Source: Candidatus Bathyarchaeota archaeon ex4484_205 (lineage in GTDB: Archaea > Thermoproteota > EX4484-205). Taken from it: 44,128 nucleotides of DNA. Under the pieces are notes generated by a model. That model ran no database searches. It was not told the origin of the DNA and was given only the letters and a program-made list of their open reading frames with translations. Shown here piece after piece: positions 1-9,285 of the stretch. Position numbers and translations under genes: made by a program. Position 1 is the first letter of the stretch; the number at the start of each line of letters is the position of its first letter. The stretch is from the NCBI GenBank assembly GCA_002255045.1, contig NJEE01000001.1, forward strand, positions 1-44,128, written 5' to 3'.

Positions 1-981
1 GAAATACCATCACCAGGCATAGAGATTCTTCGGAAATATTGTGAAGTAGAGGTACATAAAGGTAAATTGCCACCTTCAAGAGAGGAACTTCTGAGGAAAG
101 TATCGGATAAAGATGGACTTCTATGTCTTTTAACAGATAGAATAGATGGCGAGGTCATGGACACTGGAAAAAATTTGGTAGTAATAAGCACATACAGTGT
201 AGGATATGATCATATTGATATAGAGGAAGCAACAAAGAGGGGTATTTATGTAGCACATACTCCTGGAGTTTTAACGGAGGCTGTTGCTGATTTTACATGG
301 GCATTAATTCTAGCAATAACTAGAAGGGTGGTAGAAGCCGATAAGTTCATAAGAAGCGGGAAATGGAACATGCCATGGCAACCAGAATTACTTGTGGGCA
401 GGGAGGTATATGGCAAAACTCTGGGGATAGTAGGTTTTGGTCGAATTGGTAAAGCTGTTGCAAAAAGAGCGAAGGGATTCGATATGAAGATATTAGTCTA
501 TGATATAGCGGTTGATGAAGAGACTGCGAAATCTTTAGGGGCTGAAGTTGTGGATTTAGATACCTTACTTAGAGAATCGGATATAGTATCATTACATGTT
601 CCCCTTACTGAAGGAACAAGACATATGATAGGTGAGAATGAGCTTAAGAAAATGAAGAGAACAGCATTTCTTATCAATACCGCGAGAGGACCAGTGGTAG
701 ATGAAAAGGCATTAATCCGAGCATTAAGAGAGGGATGGATCGAGGGAGCAGGAATAGATGTATTTGAGAAGGAACCTACGGATATAGATAATGAGCTTCT
801 CAAGTTGGAGAATGTAGTCGTTACACCTCATATCGCCAGCGCATCTTTAGAAGCTAGGAGGAAGATGTCAGAGTTATCAGCGACAGCTATTGTGAAGATC
901 CTTAAGGGGGAGAAACCAGAAAATCTTGTAAATCCAGAGGTAGAGAAGATTCGACCACTAACTGAAGTCAAAAGGATCTAA
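1..981 (+). CDS. D-2-hydroxyacid dehydrogenase family, glyoxylate/hydroxypyruvate reductase-like (5' end cut by window edge)
   Basis: Frame 1 is open from base 1 (EIPSPGIEILRKYCEVEVHKGKLPP precedes the listed M at 67). NAD-binding GFGRIGKAVAKRA. Catalytic block INTARGPVVDE...VVTPHIASAS. Confidence 0.85.
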   Translation, partial: EIPSPGIEILRKYCEVEVHKGKLPPSREELLRKVSDKDGLLCLLTDRIDGEVMDTGKNLVVISTYSVGYDHIDIEEATKRGIYVAHTPGVLTEAVADFTWALILAITRRVVEADKFIRSGKWNMPWQPELLVGREVYGKTLGIVGFGRIGKAVAKRAKGFDMKILVYDIAVDEETAKSLGAEVVDLDTLLRESDIVSLHVPLTEGTRHMIGENELKKMKRTAFLINTARGPVVDEKALIRALREGWIEGAGIDVFEKEPTDIDNELLKLENVVVTPHIASASLEARRKMSELSATAIVKILKGEKPENLVNPEVEKIRPLTEVKRI

Positions 982-1806
982 AGTATATTTCAATATAGAT
1001 TCGCAGTCGAGGATCCATCTATGTGTTTTATCGAAGTCGAGGGGAGGCATCCTTTTTATGGGTCCAGCGAGGACCCATAAATAGTATAAAGAATATCCAG
1101 GTCCAGCAACTACAGGATGATAACCAGCGGGAATTACTATAAGATCAGAGTCTCTGACGACATACACTTCATCTAGGGAGATGGGGGAAGTATCATCTGT
1201 ATATATCCACTGTATCCCGAAGCCTTGTTTAGGAAAGACTTTAAAGAAGTATATTTCTTCTAGGGCAATTTTTTCTGGCGGATCCATTGTGTCATGTTTG
1301 TGTGGGGGTACACTCGACCAGAAGCCTGGAGGATTAATTGTTTCACCTATAATTAGATGGGAGAGAGATGAATCTTCTGGAAGCAAATTCCGTATTTTAC
1401 GACGCCAGTTAAAAGTTCCTCTCCAAAAGGATTTTATTTCATATTTAGAGATGAGTGAAGGCGTGAAATCACCTTTTCCCGGAGAGGAAACTATCGCGAT
1501 CTGAGATTTCGCTTTCATGTTATTGATTTTCAAATTAGAGTTTGGAGGAATTACAATTACGTCAGGAGGTTCGACAAAAGGGCTACTTCTACCAACTTTC
1601 CCGAAAGATTCAGAATCAACTTGAATTTCAAAGAAACCTTCGAGAGGAATTAAAACGGATTCTTTTCCCTCTGATTCAAGAATAACTTTATCATTTTTCT
1701 CTAGGTTAATGAGAGAGAAATGAATATATTTCAAATTATGCATTGGAGGAGAGACGTAAAGGTGTATGCCCTTGCTCACTTTTGAGGATATTTTGAGTGA
1801 GGTCAT
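958..1806 (-). CDS. KduI/IolB-family sugar isomerase-like (5-deoxy-glucuronate isomerase-like cupin)
   Basis: 282 aa. WSSVPPHKHD...LEEIYFFK resembles the IolB metal-binding block as I remember it. Confidence 0.5.
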   Translation of the reverse strand: MTSLKISSKVSKGIHLYVSPPMHNLKYIHFSLINLEKNDKVILESEGKESVLIPLEGFFEIQVDSESFGKVGRSSPFVEPPDVIVIPPNSNLKINNMKAKSQIAIVSSPGKGDFTPSLISKYEIKSFWRGTFNWRRKIRNLLPEDSSLSHLIIGETINPPGFWSSVPPHKHDTMDPPEKIALEEIYFFKVFPKQGFGIQWIYTDDTSPISLDEVYVVRDSDLIVIPAGYHPVVAGPGYSLYYLWVLAGPIKRMPPLDFDKTHRWILDCESILKYTLDPFDFS

Positions 1807-1854
1807 TATCGAACCACAATTATTTACAAAAAGAATTATTAATTAACCATTCTT

Positions 1855-2100
1855 TTGAAGAAGTGTAAGGGAATGAGGGCAGTGATTCTTCTGAGATGTA
1901 GCCCAGGAAAATATAGAAAGGTAGCTAGAGAAATAAAGAATTTATCAGAAGATATTCTTGTATTTCCGATATTAGGAAGGTGGGATGTATTTGTAAAGAC
2001 GAAAATAGATAATTTAAATGAATTGAGAGAGATTCTTGGAAAAATCATGAAAATTGGAAGTATAGAAGAAAGTGAAACATTAATCGAGATGGAGGTGTGA
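1855..2100 (+). CDS. stand-alone Lrp/AsnC ligand-binding (RAM) domain protein
   Basis: 81 aa. Pattern ILVFPILGRWDVFVKTKIDNLNEL...IEESETLI is typical of the small RAM-domain fold. Confidence 0.6.
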   Translation: MKKCKGMRAVILLRCSPGKYRKVAREIKNLSEDILVFPILGRWDVFVKTKIDNLNELREILGKIMKIGSIEESETLIEMEV

Positions 2101-2327
2101 GAATGGCTTATGGAGTACTACTTTTAAAGGTGGAATGGAAGAATTTAAGAGAGGTGATAAAGAAAGTAGCAGAACTGGAGAAGGTTGTAGATGTTTTCCC
2201 CGTATATGGAGAATATGATGTGGTGGTAATAATTGAGGGAGAGGACTATGCAGAGATAGCAACTATCACATCGGAAGTAAATGGATATAGAGGTGTGAAG
2301 AGAAGTGAAACCTTAGTGGCGGGTTGA
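2097..2327 (+). CDS. stand-alone Lrp/AsnC ligand-binding (RAM) domain protein
   Basis: 76 aa. VFPVYGEYDVVVIIEGEDYAEI...VKRSETLV. Its start overlaps the previous stop by 4 nt. Confidence 0.6.
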   Translation: MRMAYGVLLLKVEWKNLREVIKKVAELEKVVDVFPVYGEYDVVVIIEGEDYAEIATITSEVNGYRGVKRSETLVAG

Positions 2328-2340
2328 TGTTCTCAATATT

Positions 2341-2997
2341 TTAAGACAATCCTAACAATTTTTTAGATACTTGAACAGCTTCTACTGCATCCTTGGGAGC
2401 AGCATCCGCTCCAATTTTCTTTGCAAACTCTGGAGTGACAGCGGCACCACCTATTATGACCTTAACTTTTTCTCTGAGACTTCTTTTCTTAAGCAAGTCT
2501 ATTACATCCTTCATAGCCGGCATAGTCACCGTCAATAGAGCAGACATACCTACTATTTGTGGGTTATATTTCTCTACTGCCTCAATAAATTTCTCAGGTG
2601 CGACATCAACTCCTAGATCGATCACATTAAATCCAGCAGCAGAGAGAAGAGTAGCAACAATATTCTTACCAATATCGTGAAGATCGCCTTTTACGGTTCC
2701 TATCACCACAGTTCCTAAATTGGGTTTCTCAGCATCTTTGAGCAATGGTTCCACAATCTTCATACCCTCTTTCATGACCTCTCCGGCCATGATAAGCTCT
2801 GAAAGGAAGTACTCATTAGCTTCATATTTTTGTCCTACAATTTCCATTCCTTTGGCCATACCCTCTAGGACAACTTTAAGAGGAGGGACACCAGCATCCA
2901 AGGCTTCTTTCACTATTTTGGTAATGTTTTGGTAATCTAACTCCACTATTGCTTGTGAAATTTTCTGAAGATGATCCTCAGACATTTTGCTTACCAA
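2341..2997 (-). CDS. methyltransferase-cognate corrinoid (B12-binding) protein, MtaC/MtbC/MttC-like
   Basis: 218 aa. N-terminal helical cap followed by a Rossmann B12 domain with the DxHxxG signature (GDLHDIGKNIV) and MSALLT. Confidence 0.85.
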   Translation of the reverse strand: MVSKMSEDHLQKISQAIVELDYQNITKIVKEALDAGVPPLKVVLEGMAKGMEIVGQKYEANEYFLSELIMAGEVMKEGMKIVEPLLKDAEKPNLGTVVIGTVKGDLHDIGKNIVATLLSAAGFNVIDLGVDVAPEKFIEAVEKYNPQIVGMSALLTVTMPAMKDVIDLLKKRSLREKVKVIIGGAAVTPEFAKKIGADAAPKDAVEAVQVSKKLLGLS

Positions 2998-3305
2998 TAG
3001 ATGGTGTCTGTTTTTAAATTTTTCAGTAGTGCATCAGTTTCCTCTACATCTAAAGTTTTCTTAACACCTTTCTTATAGTGCCAATCATGCGTACACCACC
3101 TGACTAACTTTACTTTTTTACCTTTCAAACCTTCTGGCACTTCTCGATGAGGAGTTCTCTTTGAGAAGTTCGTAATCTCTATAGTAAAAATGCATTTCTC
3201 CCATATTCTTCCTTTTTTATCCTTTTTTATTTCTCCAGTTCTCTCGATGTCTAACACTACCCCCTGAAGGCGTGGTTTCATCATAAGGTGCCTTTTCAGG
3301 CTCAC
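2991..3305 (-). CDS. hypothetical protein (104 aa), translationally coupled upstream of the corrinoid protein
   Basis: Its ORF end overlaps the corrinoid gene start by 7 nt. Basic, with no recognisable motif. Confidence 0.4.
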   Translation of the reverse strand: MSLKRHLMMKPRLQGVVLDIERTGEIKKDKKGRIWEKCIFTIEITNFSKRTPHREVPEGLKGKKVKLVRWCTHDWHYKKGVKKTLDVEETDALLKNLKTDTIYW

Positions 3306-3385
3306 TATTAAAACTTATTCTCCAACATCTGGCGCCTTAATGAAGATTACCTATAAAAGAAACTGTAGAAATTAGATTTGGAAAG

Positions 3386-5254
3386 TTGGACAAGGAATTT
3401 AAGATAAGGATTGAGCCGCTCCATGTGGAATTTAAGACAGGGAAGGAGAGGAATTTATTGGATGCATTTCTAACTCATGGTATAGAGATAGAATCTATAT
3501 GTGGAGGAAACGGTATTTGTGGGAAATGTATAATTAGAGTGGAGAGAGGACAGACGAGTCTACCTACAGAAATAGAAAGGAAGATACTTGGAAAAAGATT
3601 AGAGAAGAAGTATAGATTAGCATGCCAAACTTATCCTCTAAGTGATCTTGTGATTACCATACCACTTTCTTCAATGAGAAAAAGAGGGAAAATCTTAGAA
3701 TGGGGAATTATGAGTGAGGTCGATATTAACCCTGAGGTGAAATGTAGATATGTAGAGTTACAGAGGCCAACATTAGAGGATCAGAGACCTGATGAAGATA
3801 GGATCTTAGATGGGCTTTCGCTCAAAACTATAGATTATCAGTTTCTCACCCAGCTTTCTAAAAGGATAAGGAGTATGAGTTGGAAAGGTTTTTTCATATA
3901 TAGAGATGAAGAGCTTCTGGGTGTAGAGGAGGAAAAAAGAATTTATGGCGTTGCTGTAGATATTGGCACCACTACCATTGTTGCATATCTCGTGGATCTT
4001 ATTACCGGCAACATAGTGAAGGTGAAGTCTGACTACAATCCTCAAATATCCTTTGGAGAGGACGTAATTTCCCGTATAGAATTCTCTCTGAAAGAAAAAG
4101 GCCTACTTAAGCTTCACGAAACCCTAATAGATGGAATTAATCAGCTCATTCAAAAACTTTGTAAGGAAGAAGGAATAACTCCAGATAGGATTTACCAGAT
4201 AAATTGTGCAGGTAACACAGTAATGTTATCTACACTGTTGAGAACACCAATAGAGTTCATTGGGAAAACTCCATTTATACCACCATTTACAAAAAGTAAA
4301 GAGGTAAAAAGTAGGGAATTAAAAGTCTCAATAAATAGGGCAGGATATGTATATACTCTTCCTTCCGTAAGTGGATATATAGGTGGTGATGTGATTGGAG
4401 ATATATTAACTGCAAACGTAATAAATGAAAGGGAATACTTTTTCCTAATAGATATAGGAACTAATGGAGAACTCGTACTAGGAAACAGTGAGAGAATATT
4501 ATCAGTTTCCTGTGCAGCGGGGCCTGCTTTGGAAGGAATGGGAATCAAATATGGTATGCGAGGAACTGTGGGGGCAATAGAGAGAGTGTATGTAGATCCT
4601 TATAGTTGGAAACCTTATTACCGAGTTATAGGGGGGGTGAAGGCGAGAGGTATATGCGGCTCCGGTTTAATTGATGCAGTTGCAGGAATGTACGTGGCAG
4701 GAATAATAAATGGAGGAGGGAGACTTATTGAGAAAGGGTACAATATCAAAGAAGTCGAGGGAGAACGAATGTACGTAATAGCGCATAAAGAAGAGACAGA
4801 TATGGGAGAGGAAATAGGAATCATACAGAGGGACGTTAGAAATGTACAACTTGCAAAGGCAGCGTTCTATGCGGGTTATAAGATACTCATTGAAAGTATG
4901 GGTGTTAAGCCTGAGGATATAAAGAAAATATACATAGCAGGAGCCTTCGGCAACTATATTTCAGCGAGTTCAGCAGTATTGATAGGGCTTTTGCCAGACT
5001 TACCTAATGCAAAGGTTATATCTATAGGTAATGGAGCAGGGATGGGAGCATGTAGAACTCTAATTTCCATTAAGGAGAAAGAATTGGCTGAAGAGATAGC
5101 TGATAAAATAGAGTACATTGAATTGAGCTCGGAGAAGAAGTTCTATAAAGAATTCGTGAAAGCAACACAGTTTCCACATGAAAACTTGGAGGAGTTTCCG
5201 AGAGTAAAAAAAGTCTTAGAAACGAAGAACATCTCTATATTGGAAAAATATTAA
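3386..5254 (+). CDS. RACo-type reductive activator of corrinoid proteins (2Fe-2S ferredoxin domain + ASKHA ATPase, DUF4445-like)
   Basis: 622 aa. The N-terminal plant-type ferredoxin cysteines are CGGNGICGKCII...LACQ. ASKHA phosphate motifs are VDIGTTTIV and LIDIGTNGE. Start codon is TTG per the ORF track. Confidence 0.75.
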   Translation: MDKEFKIRIEPLHVEFKTGKERNLLDAFLTHGIEIESICGGNGICGKCIIRVERGQTSLPTEIERKILGKRLEKKYRLACQTYPLSDLVITIPLSSMRKRGKILEWGIMSEVDINPEVKCRYVELQRPTLEDQRPDEDRILDGLSLKTIDYQFLTQLSKRIRSMSWKGFFIYRDEELLGVEEEKRIYGVAVDIGTTTIVAYLVDLITGNIVKVKSDYNPQISFGEDVISRIEFSLKEKGLLKLHETLIDGINQLIQKLCKEEGITPDRIYQINCAGNTVMLSTLLRTPIEFIGKTPFIPPFTKSKEVKSRELKVSINRAGYVYTLPSVSGYIGGDVIGDILTANVINEREYFFLIDIGTNGELVLGNSERILSVSCAAGPALEGMGIKYGMRGTVGAIERVYVDPYSWKPYYRVIGGVKARGICGSGLIDAVAGMYVAGIINGGGRLIEKGYNIKEVEGERMYVIAHKEETDMGEEIGIIQRDVRNVQLAKAAFYAGYKILIESMGVKPEDIKKIYIAGAFGNYISASSAVLIGLLPDLPNAKVISIGNGAGMGACRTLISIKEKELAEEIADKIEYIELSSEKKFYKEFVKATQFPHENLEEFPRVKKVLETKNISILEKY

Positions 5255-6234
5255 GTAAAGTGTTGCCAACCTCGGAAGGGTAACTTTCTTACTTTTTCTT
5301 GGTATTTAAACCATACACCCGGAGTATCAACTACATAGCCTATTTTTAGAACACGGATCTTGTGAGACTCACAATATCTACGAAACTCTTCCCAGTAGTC
5401 TTTTGCTACCACAAAGATCAATTCATATTCCTCTCCACCATAACACACAGCATCTATAGGAGATATGTTCAATTCCCTACATGCTACTTCTACCAGCTCG
5501 GGGAGTGGAAGAGTTTCTAAGATTACACCCTTTCCACTTTTTTGACTCATGTTATAAAGGCTGGCCACTAACCCATCACTGGAGTCAGTCATGCCTTTCA
5601 AAAGATTTGAAGATGCCAATAAGAGGCCTTCCTTGAGGCGAGCCTTTGGAAGCAATACTGCATCTACAAATGGGGTTGCATCGACACTAGTTAGTTTTAT
5701 TTTATTTAAGAGTAGTTTGAGCCCAATGTAAGTATATCCGAAGGGGCCTGTCACACATACAAAATCACCTACATCCCCTAGGTCTCGAGGTAGAGGAGGA
5801 CTTGAAGAAAAACCAAGTCCTGCTACATCGATTATGAGCTCAGCTGTTCGATTGACGTCTCCCCCCGCAATATATCCCCCATACTCTTGGAGGGCATCTT
5901 CAACACCTGCAATTATTTCTTTTACTATCCCTCTTTCCGGACGATCTAAGCCGATTGAGAGGAGAAAGGCGTGGGGAGAGGCACCCTTTGAAGCTAAGTC
6001 GCTCACAGTCATCACAATTGCCTTTCTGCTAGCTTGTCTTAAACTCATAGAGGGAGGGACATCTGTAGAGGATACAAGCATGTCTATAGAGAGGATCATA
6101 TACTTCTTGCTTTCATCAATATAAAAGCTCCATGCATCATCCCCAGATGGGAGAGAAGAGCTGGGAGGGTAGGGCAGTTTTTGAAAGAGTTTTATTATTT
6201 CATACTCTGAGAGACCCCCTCTTTTCAAATCCAA
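5251..6234 (-). CDS. thiL: thiamine-monophosphate kinase (AIR synthase-related fold)
   Basis: 327 aa. GDDAW...DMLVSSTDVP...KAIVMTVSDLASKGASP...GGDV blocks are typical of ThiL. Confidence 0.75.
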   Translation of the reverse strand: MDLKRGGLSEYEIIKLFQKLPYPPSSSLPSGDDAWSFYIDESKKYMILSIDMLVSSTDVPPSMSLRQASRKAIVMTVSDLASKGASPHAFLLSIGLDRPERGIVKEIIAGVEDALQEYGGYIAGGDVNRTAELIIDVAGLGFSSSPPLPRDLGDVGDFVCVTGPFGYTYIGLKLLLNKIKLTSVDATPFVDAVLLPKARLKEGLLLASSNLLKGMTDSSDGLVASLYNMSQKSGKGVILETLPLPELVEVACRELNISPIDAVCYGGEEYELIFVVAKDYWEEFRRYCESHKIRVLKIGYVVDTPGVWFKYQEKVRKLPFRGWQHFT

Positions 6235-6272
6235 ACAACGTTAAAATAGGATAAGAGAGTATAAATCTTTGA

Positions 6273-6357
6273 GCCCCGGTGGCCTAGCCCGGTAAGGCAG
6301 CAGCCTCGTATGTATAGAGACAGCTGCGGAACGCGGGTTCAAATCCCGCCCGGGGCT
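6273..6357 (+). tRNA. tRNA-Thr(CGU) with one 11-nt intron at the canonical 37/38 site
   Basis: GCCCCGG TG GCCT AGCCCGGTA AGGC A GCAGC CTCGTA[TGTATAGAGAC]A GCTGC GGAAC GCGGG TTCAAAT CCCGC CCGGGGC T. No encoded CCA. Confidence 0.85.
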
Positions 6358-6438
6358 TAAAGGCCCAATATCCTATTGAAAATAGCTAGAAAGGGAGACA
6401 ATTTATATTGGAAACTTTACATTCCAAGATGTGAGAGA

Positions 6439-6822
6439 ATGAGGAAGAAGTTTGTGATAAGAACGGAAAGTATAGGGGAAGTAGAAGTTGAGCTTATTGA
6501 AGAAATAAGCCCTGAAACAGCTCAAAGGATATGGAATGCAATGCCGTTCACCGGAAGGGCAAATCTTTGGGGAGATGAGATTTACTTTAGGATCCCTGTG
6601 GAGATGGACGAGGAGAACGGTAGAGAAGTTGTAGAGTTAGGAGATGTAGCCTATTGGCCACCTGGTAACGCAATGTGCATCTTTTTTGGTAAGACCCCAG
6701 TAAGTGTAGGAAATGAAATAAGGCCAGCCAGCGCAGTGAATATATTTGGAAAGATTTTGGGAGATATCTCATTATTCAAAAAGGTTAGAGAAGGAGAAAT
6801 TATAGAAGTCAGAAGGATGTAG
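6439..6822 (+). CDS. cyclophilin-like TM1367-family protein (DUF369-type)
   Basis: WGDEIYFRIPV...VVELGDVAYWPPGNAMCIFFGKTP...IRPASAVNIFGKI closely matches the TM1367 family as I recall it. I chose the internal M (MRKKF) as the start, because the listed start at 6376 would leave only about 18 nt after the tRNA. Confidence 0.7.
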   Translation: MRKKFVIRTESIGEVEVELIEEISPETAQRIWNAMPFTGRANLWGDEIYFRIPVEMDEENGREVVELGDVAYWPPGNAMCIFFGKTPVSVGNEIRPASAVNIFGKILGDISLFKKVREGEIIEVRRM

Positions 6823-6838
6823 AAGAGGGCGGCTTAAC

Positions 6839-6975
6839 TGGTGCCTCTCGTCCCTAATGAGGGATGGCGAGCCGGAGTTTCAGGCAGAGCCTTTTGAACC
6901 GGCGAACCCCTACGGGAGGAGGTTTCTAAGTAGATCTTGAGCCTCCCGCCTTTGACCTGGCTCGGCCATCGCCGC
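6839..6975 (-). tRNA. tRNA-Leu(CAA), class II, with three inferred introns (37/38, T-loop 59/60, acceptor 70/71); CCA encoded
   Basis: Minus strand: GCGGCGA TG GCC GAGCCAGGTCAAA GGC G GGAGG CTCAAG[ATCTACTTAGAA]A CCTCC TCCCGTAGGGGTTC GCCGG TTCAAA[AGGCTCTGCCTGAAAC]T CCGGC TCGCC[ATCCCTCATTAGGGACGAGAG]GC A CCA. Confidence 0.8.
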
Positions 6976-7044
6976 CCAAATATTTCTTATTTCAAAAATT
7001 GGATTTAAGGATTTATATCAAGGAAGGAGAAAAGATAATGAGGT

Positions 7045-7320
7045 ATGCTTACAGAAATATTTGCAAGTCGTAAACATACAGAACTTCTTGAGTTTCTACT
7101 AGAAAATAGAGATAAGATTTTCACACAGTCGAAACTATCTGAATACTTGAGATGCTCACCTTCAACTATATCTCGGGTGGTGGACAACCTAAAAAGAGAA
7201 GGAATAATTCTGGAGGAGAGATTAGGTACTCAATTGAAAATTATTGCTCTTAATTTGGAGAGGGAAAAAGTGAAAATATTGATAGATTTCTATGAGAGGA
7301 TGAAAAAATGCGAGAAGTAA
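7045..7320 (+). CDS. small winged-HTH transcriptional regulator
   Basis: 91 aa. HTELLEFLLEN...QSKLSEYLRCSPSTISRVVDNLKREGIILEE. Confidence 0.6.
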   Translation: MLTEIFASRKHTELLEFLLENRDKIFTQSKLSEYLRCSPSTISRVVDNLKREGIILEERLGTQLKIIALNLEREKVKILIDFYERMKKCEK

Positions 7321-7967
7321 TGTATGTAATGGAGGATTTTACAGAACCACCAGAAGGGAAAATAGTAATTTTCGGTTTCCCAAGTTGGGGGAATGTAGGA
7401 CCCACGGTATGTGAGCAACTAGTTAAGTTTTCTGCGGCGAGGTATTTAGGTAGCATATATGCATCCCTATTCTCTGATTCGATTTTCACACAGGAAAGTG
7501 GATTCAGCGAGTTACCCTCAATAAAATTTTATCGCACGGAAAGAAGGATAGAAAAAGTGATAGTCGGAATAGGTAATTTTAAGATACTGAGGGAGAACCC
7601 AGAAGCTCATACCCTATGTGAATATCTCATCAAACTTGCAGAAAGATTCAGATGGAAAATGATAATAGGTGTAGAAAGTATAATGTCAGGAGATGGGGAG
7701 CATAGCGTAATTTTAACGAATAAAGAACTAATTAAGATGCTTCCAAAACATGTCACCGTTATGCAGGAAAAAAGTATGAAGAGTCTATTGGGAACCCTTT
7801 TAGGATTGTGTAGAATTAACAGAATAGATGGAATTGGAATATTTGCATCTTCTGAGAAATTACTTGCAAAGGAAAATACCATCATTAGTACTTTTAGGAC
7901 ATTACTTTACATACTTCACTCAGTCCTATCTATGGAGGAAAGTGAAACCAGTCAAAGGAGGGGTTAA
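7308..7967 (+). CDS. PAC2-family protein (proteasome assembly chaperone-like)
   Basis: 219 aa. The N-terminal IVIFGFPSWGNVGPTVCEQLVK resembles the GFPGxGxVG block of archaeal PAC2 proteins. Assignment is tentative. Confidence 0.4.
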   Translation: MREVMYVMEDFTEPPEGKIVIFGFPSWGNVGPTVCEQLVKFSAARYLGSIYASLFSDSIFTQESGFSELPSIKFYRTERRIEKVIVGIGNFKILRENPEAHTLCEYLIKLAERFRWKMIIGVESIMSGDGEHSVILTNKELIKMLPKHVTVMQEKSMKSLLGTLLGLCRINRIDGIGIFASSEKLLAKENTIISTFRTLLYILHSVLSMEESETSQRRG

Positions 7968-9273
7968 AGCCTCTCCATTTCTTTGAGTCGAAGACATATC
8001 TTTTCATAGGTTTAGACAGATGTCTATGAGCACGAGGAGGAGGAAGATATATACCTGGCTCTAAATCTCTTTTAACAGTTACTACGTCAGGAGCATATGA
8101 TATCGCACCACATTTCTTACAGATATAACCTTGATGAAGTCCTCTGGAGGTCATTCTTATACCACAGTTTACACATAAGGGTGGTCTACGAACATACTTT
8201 CTTGTAAGATAGTTAACTTCTAGTTTTTCAAGATTTAGTATATAGGAATTAGAATATCTATCTTGCTGAACCCCTCCATAACAAGAGACTACATCCTCCT
8301 CCTTTAACTTTAAAACCACTTCTCGAAAGCTTCCGGTTGGCTCATATGCAGCACATTTTATTTCCCCACTATGATCCGACAATTCAAAGAATACATGGCC
8401 ACCCTTATATATCTGAGGTTTCTGAGTAATTTTCCCTCTTATAAAAACAGATTGATATAACTGAAGGGAGGAGATCGGGACAGGATGCGTGGGAAGATGT
8501 ACCCCAGTCCCTTGATTGCTTCTGAAAATAACCCAAGAATCGATTGGCTCTTCTACCTTAATAAAATGGAGAGACTTCAAAACTGCGGAGGGAGACTCCC
8601 CTCTAACACCAAATAACACAGGATCTGGGCCGTGTGGAGCTATGAGAACACGTTTAGTTTCAGGATCTACGTTATTAAAGGTTTGAGAGCTGCAAGCCTT
8701 ATCCATCTCAAGTACGGAGAGCGTGTTAATTTTCCGTGGTTTACCCCAATTTTCTCTTTTACGATACGCTATGAGCTCATATGTATGATCTTCAAGTAGA
8801 AGAGAGCCAATTGCCGACACACCACCAACAATGCCACGGATGGAACGATAATAGTGGATGAAAGAACAATACTGTGAAACTTGGCTATAAATATAGCGGG
8901 GATTTAGAGGATATCTTAACGCGGCCATATATATCTCTGCAAATACTTGAGGGATCTCACCTTCAAGCGCTATTAGTATGGGATCCGAATGAGGCAAACC
9001 TTCTTTCACGATAGAGTCGAAAAATTTTGTAATTCTTTTATAAAAAGTTTTCAAATTTTGTATTTTTAGTTCAAATCTCAGGCAAACTGCAGCATTTCCA
9101 CGCGTTTTCCATGGAATATTTGGATTAAGACGAATAAGCAGAGGATAATCTTGAAAAACTACATTATAATTATCTATAAGATACTTGAGAAGTCGCCCTG
9201 CAACATAGGTAGTACAACCTCCTTTATGGGAATCTGTGTCATCTAGGGCAAGATGAAGAAGAATCATTCTCAC
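7930..9273 (-). CDS. tiaS: tRNA(Ile2) 2-agmatinylcytidine synthetase
   Basis: 447 aa. N-terminal LHLALDDTDSHKGGCTTYV, a central OB-like region and a C-terminal zinc ribbon CVNCGIRMTSRG...YICKKCG. Confidence 0.8.
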   Translation of the reverse strand: MRMILLHLALDDTDSHKGGCTTYVAGRLLKYLIDNYNVVFQDYPLLIRLNPNIPWKTRGNAAVCLRFELKIQNLKTFYKRITKFFDSIVKEGLPHSDPILIALEGEIPQVFAEIYMAALRYPLNPRYIYSQVSQYCSFIHYYRSIRGIVGGVSAIGSLLLEDHTYELIAYRKRENWGKPRKINTLSVLEMDKACSSQTFNNVDPETKRVLIAPHGPDPVLFGVRGESPSAVLKSLHFIKVEEPIDSWVIFRSNQGTGVHLPTHPVPISSLQLYQSVFIRGKITQKPQIYKGGHVFFELSDHSGEIKCAAYEPTGSFREVVLKLKEEDVVSCYGGVQQDRYSNSYILNLEKLEVNYLTRKYVRRPPLCVNCGIRMTSRGLHQGYICKKCGAISYAPDVVTVKRDLEPGIYLPPPRAHRHLSKPMKRYVFDSKKWRGFNPSFDWFHFPP

Positions 9274-9285
9274 TCACCTCTTTTT

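Noticed and set aside
6827-6977. The outer 7-bp helix GGGCGGC/GCCGCCC as the acceptor stem of the tRNA-Leu gene.
   Set aside because: It would put G at position 8 and leave 37 unexplained nt plus a T discriminator. Shifting by 2 nt (GCGGCGA/TCGCC..GC) gives U8, an A73 discriminator and an encoded CCA, and it aligns with known archaeal tRNA-Leu.
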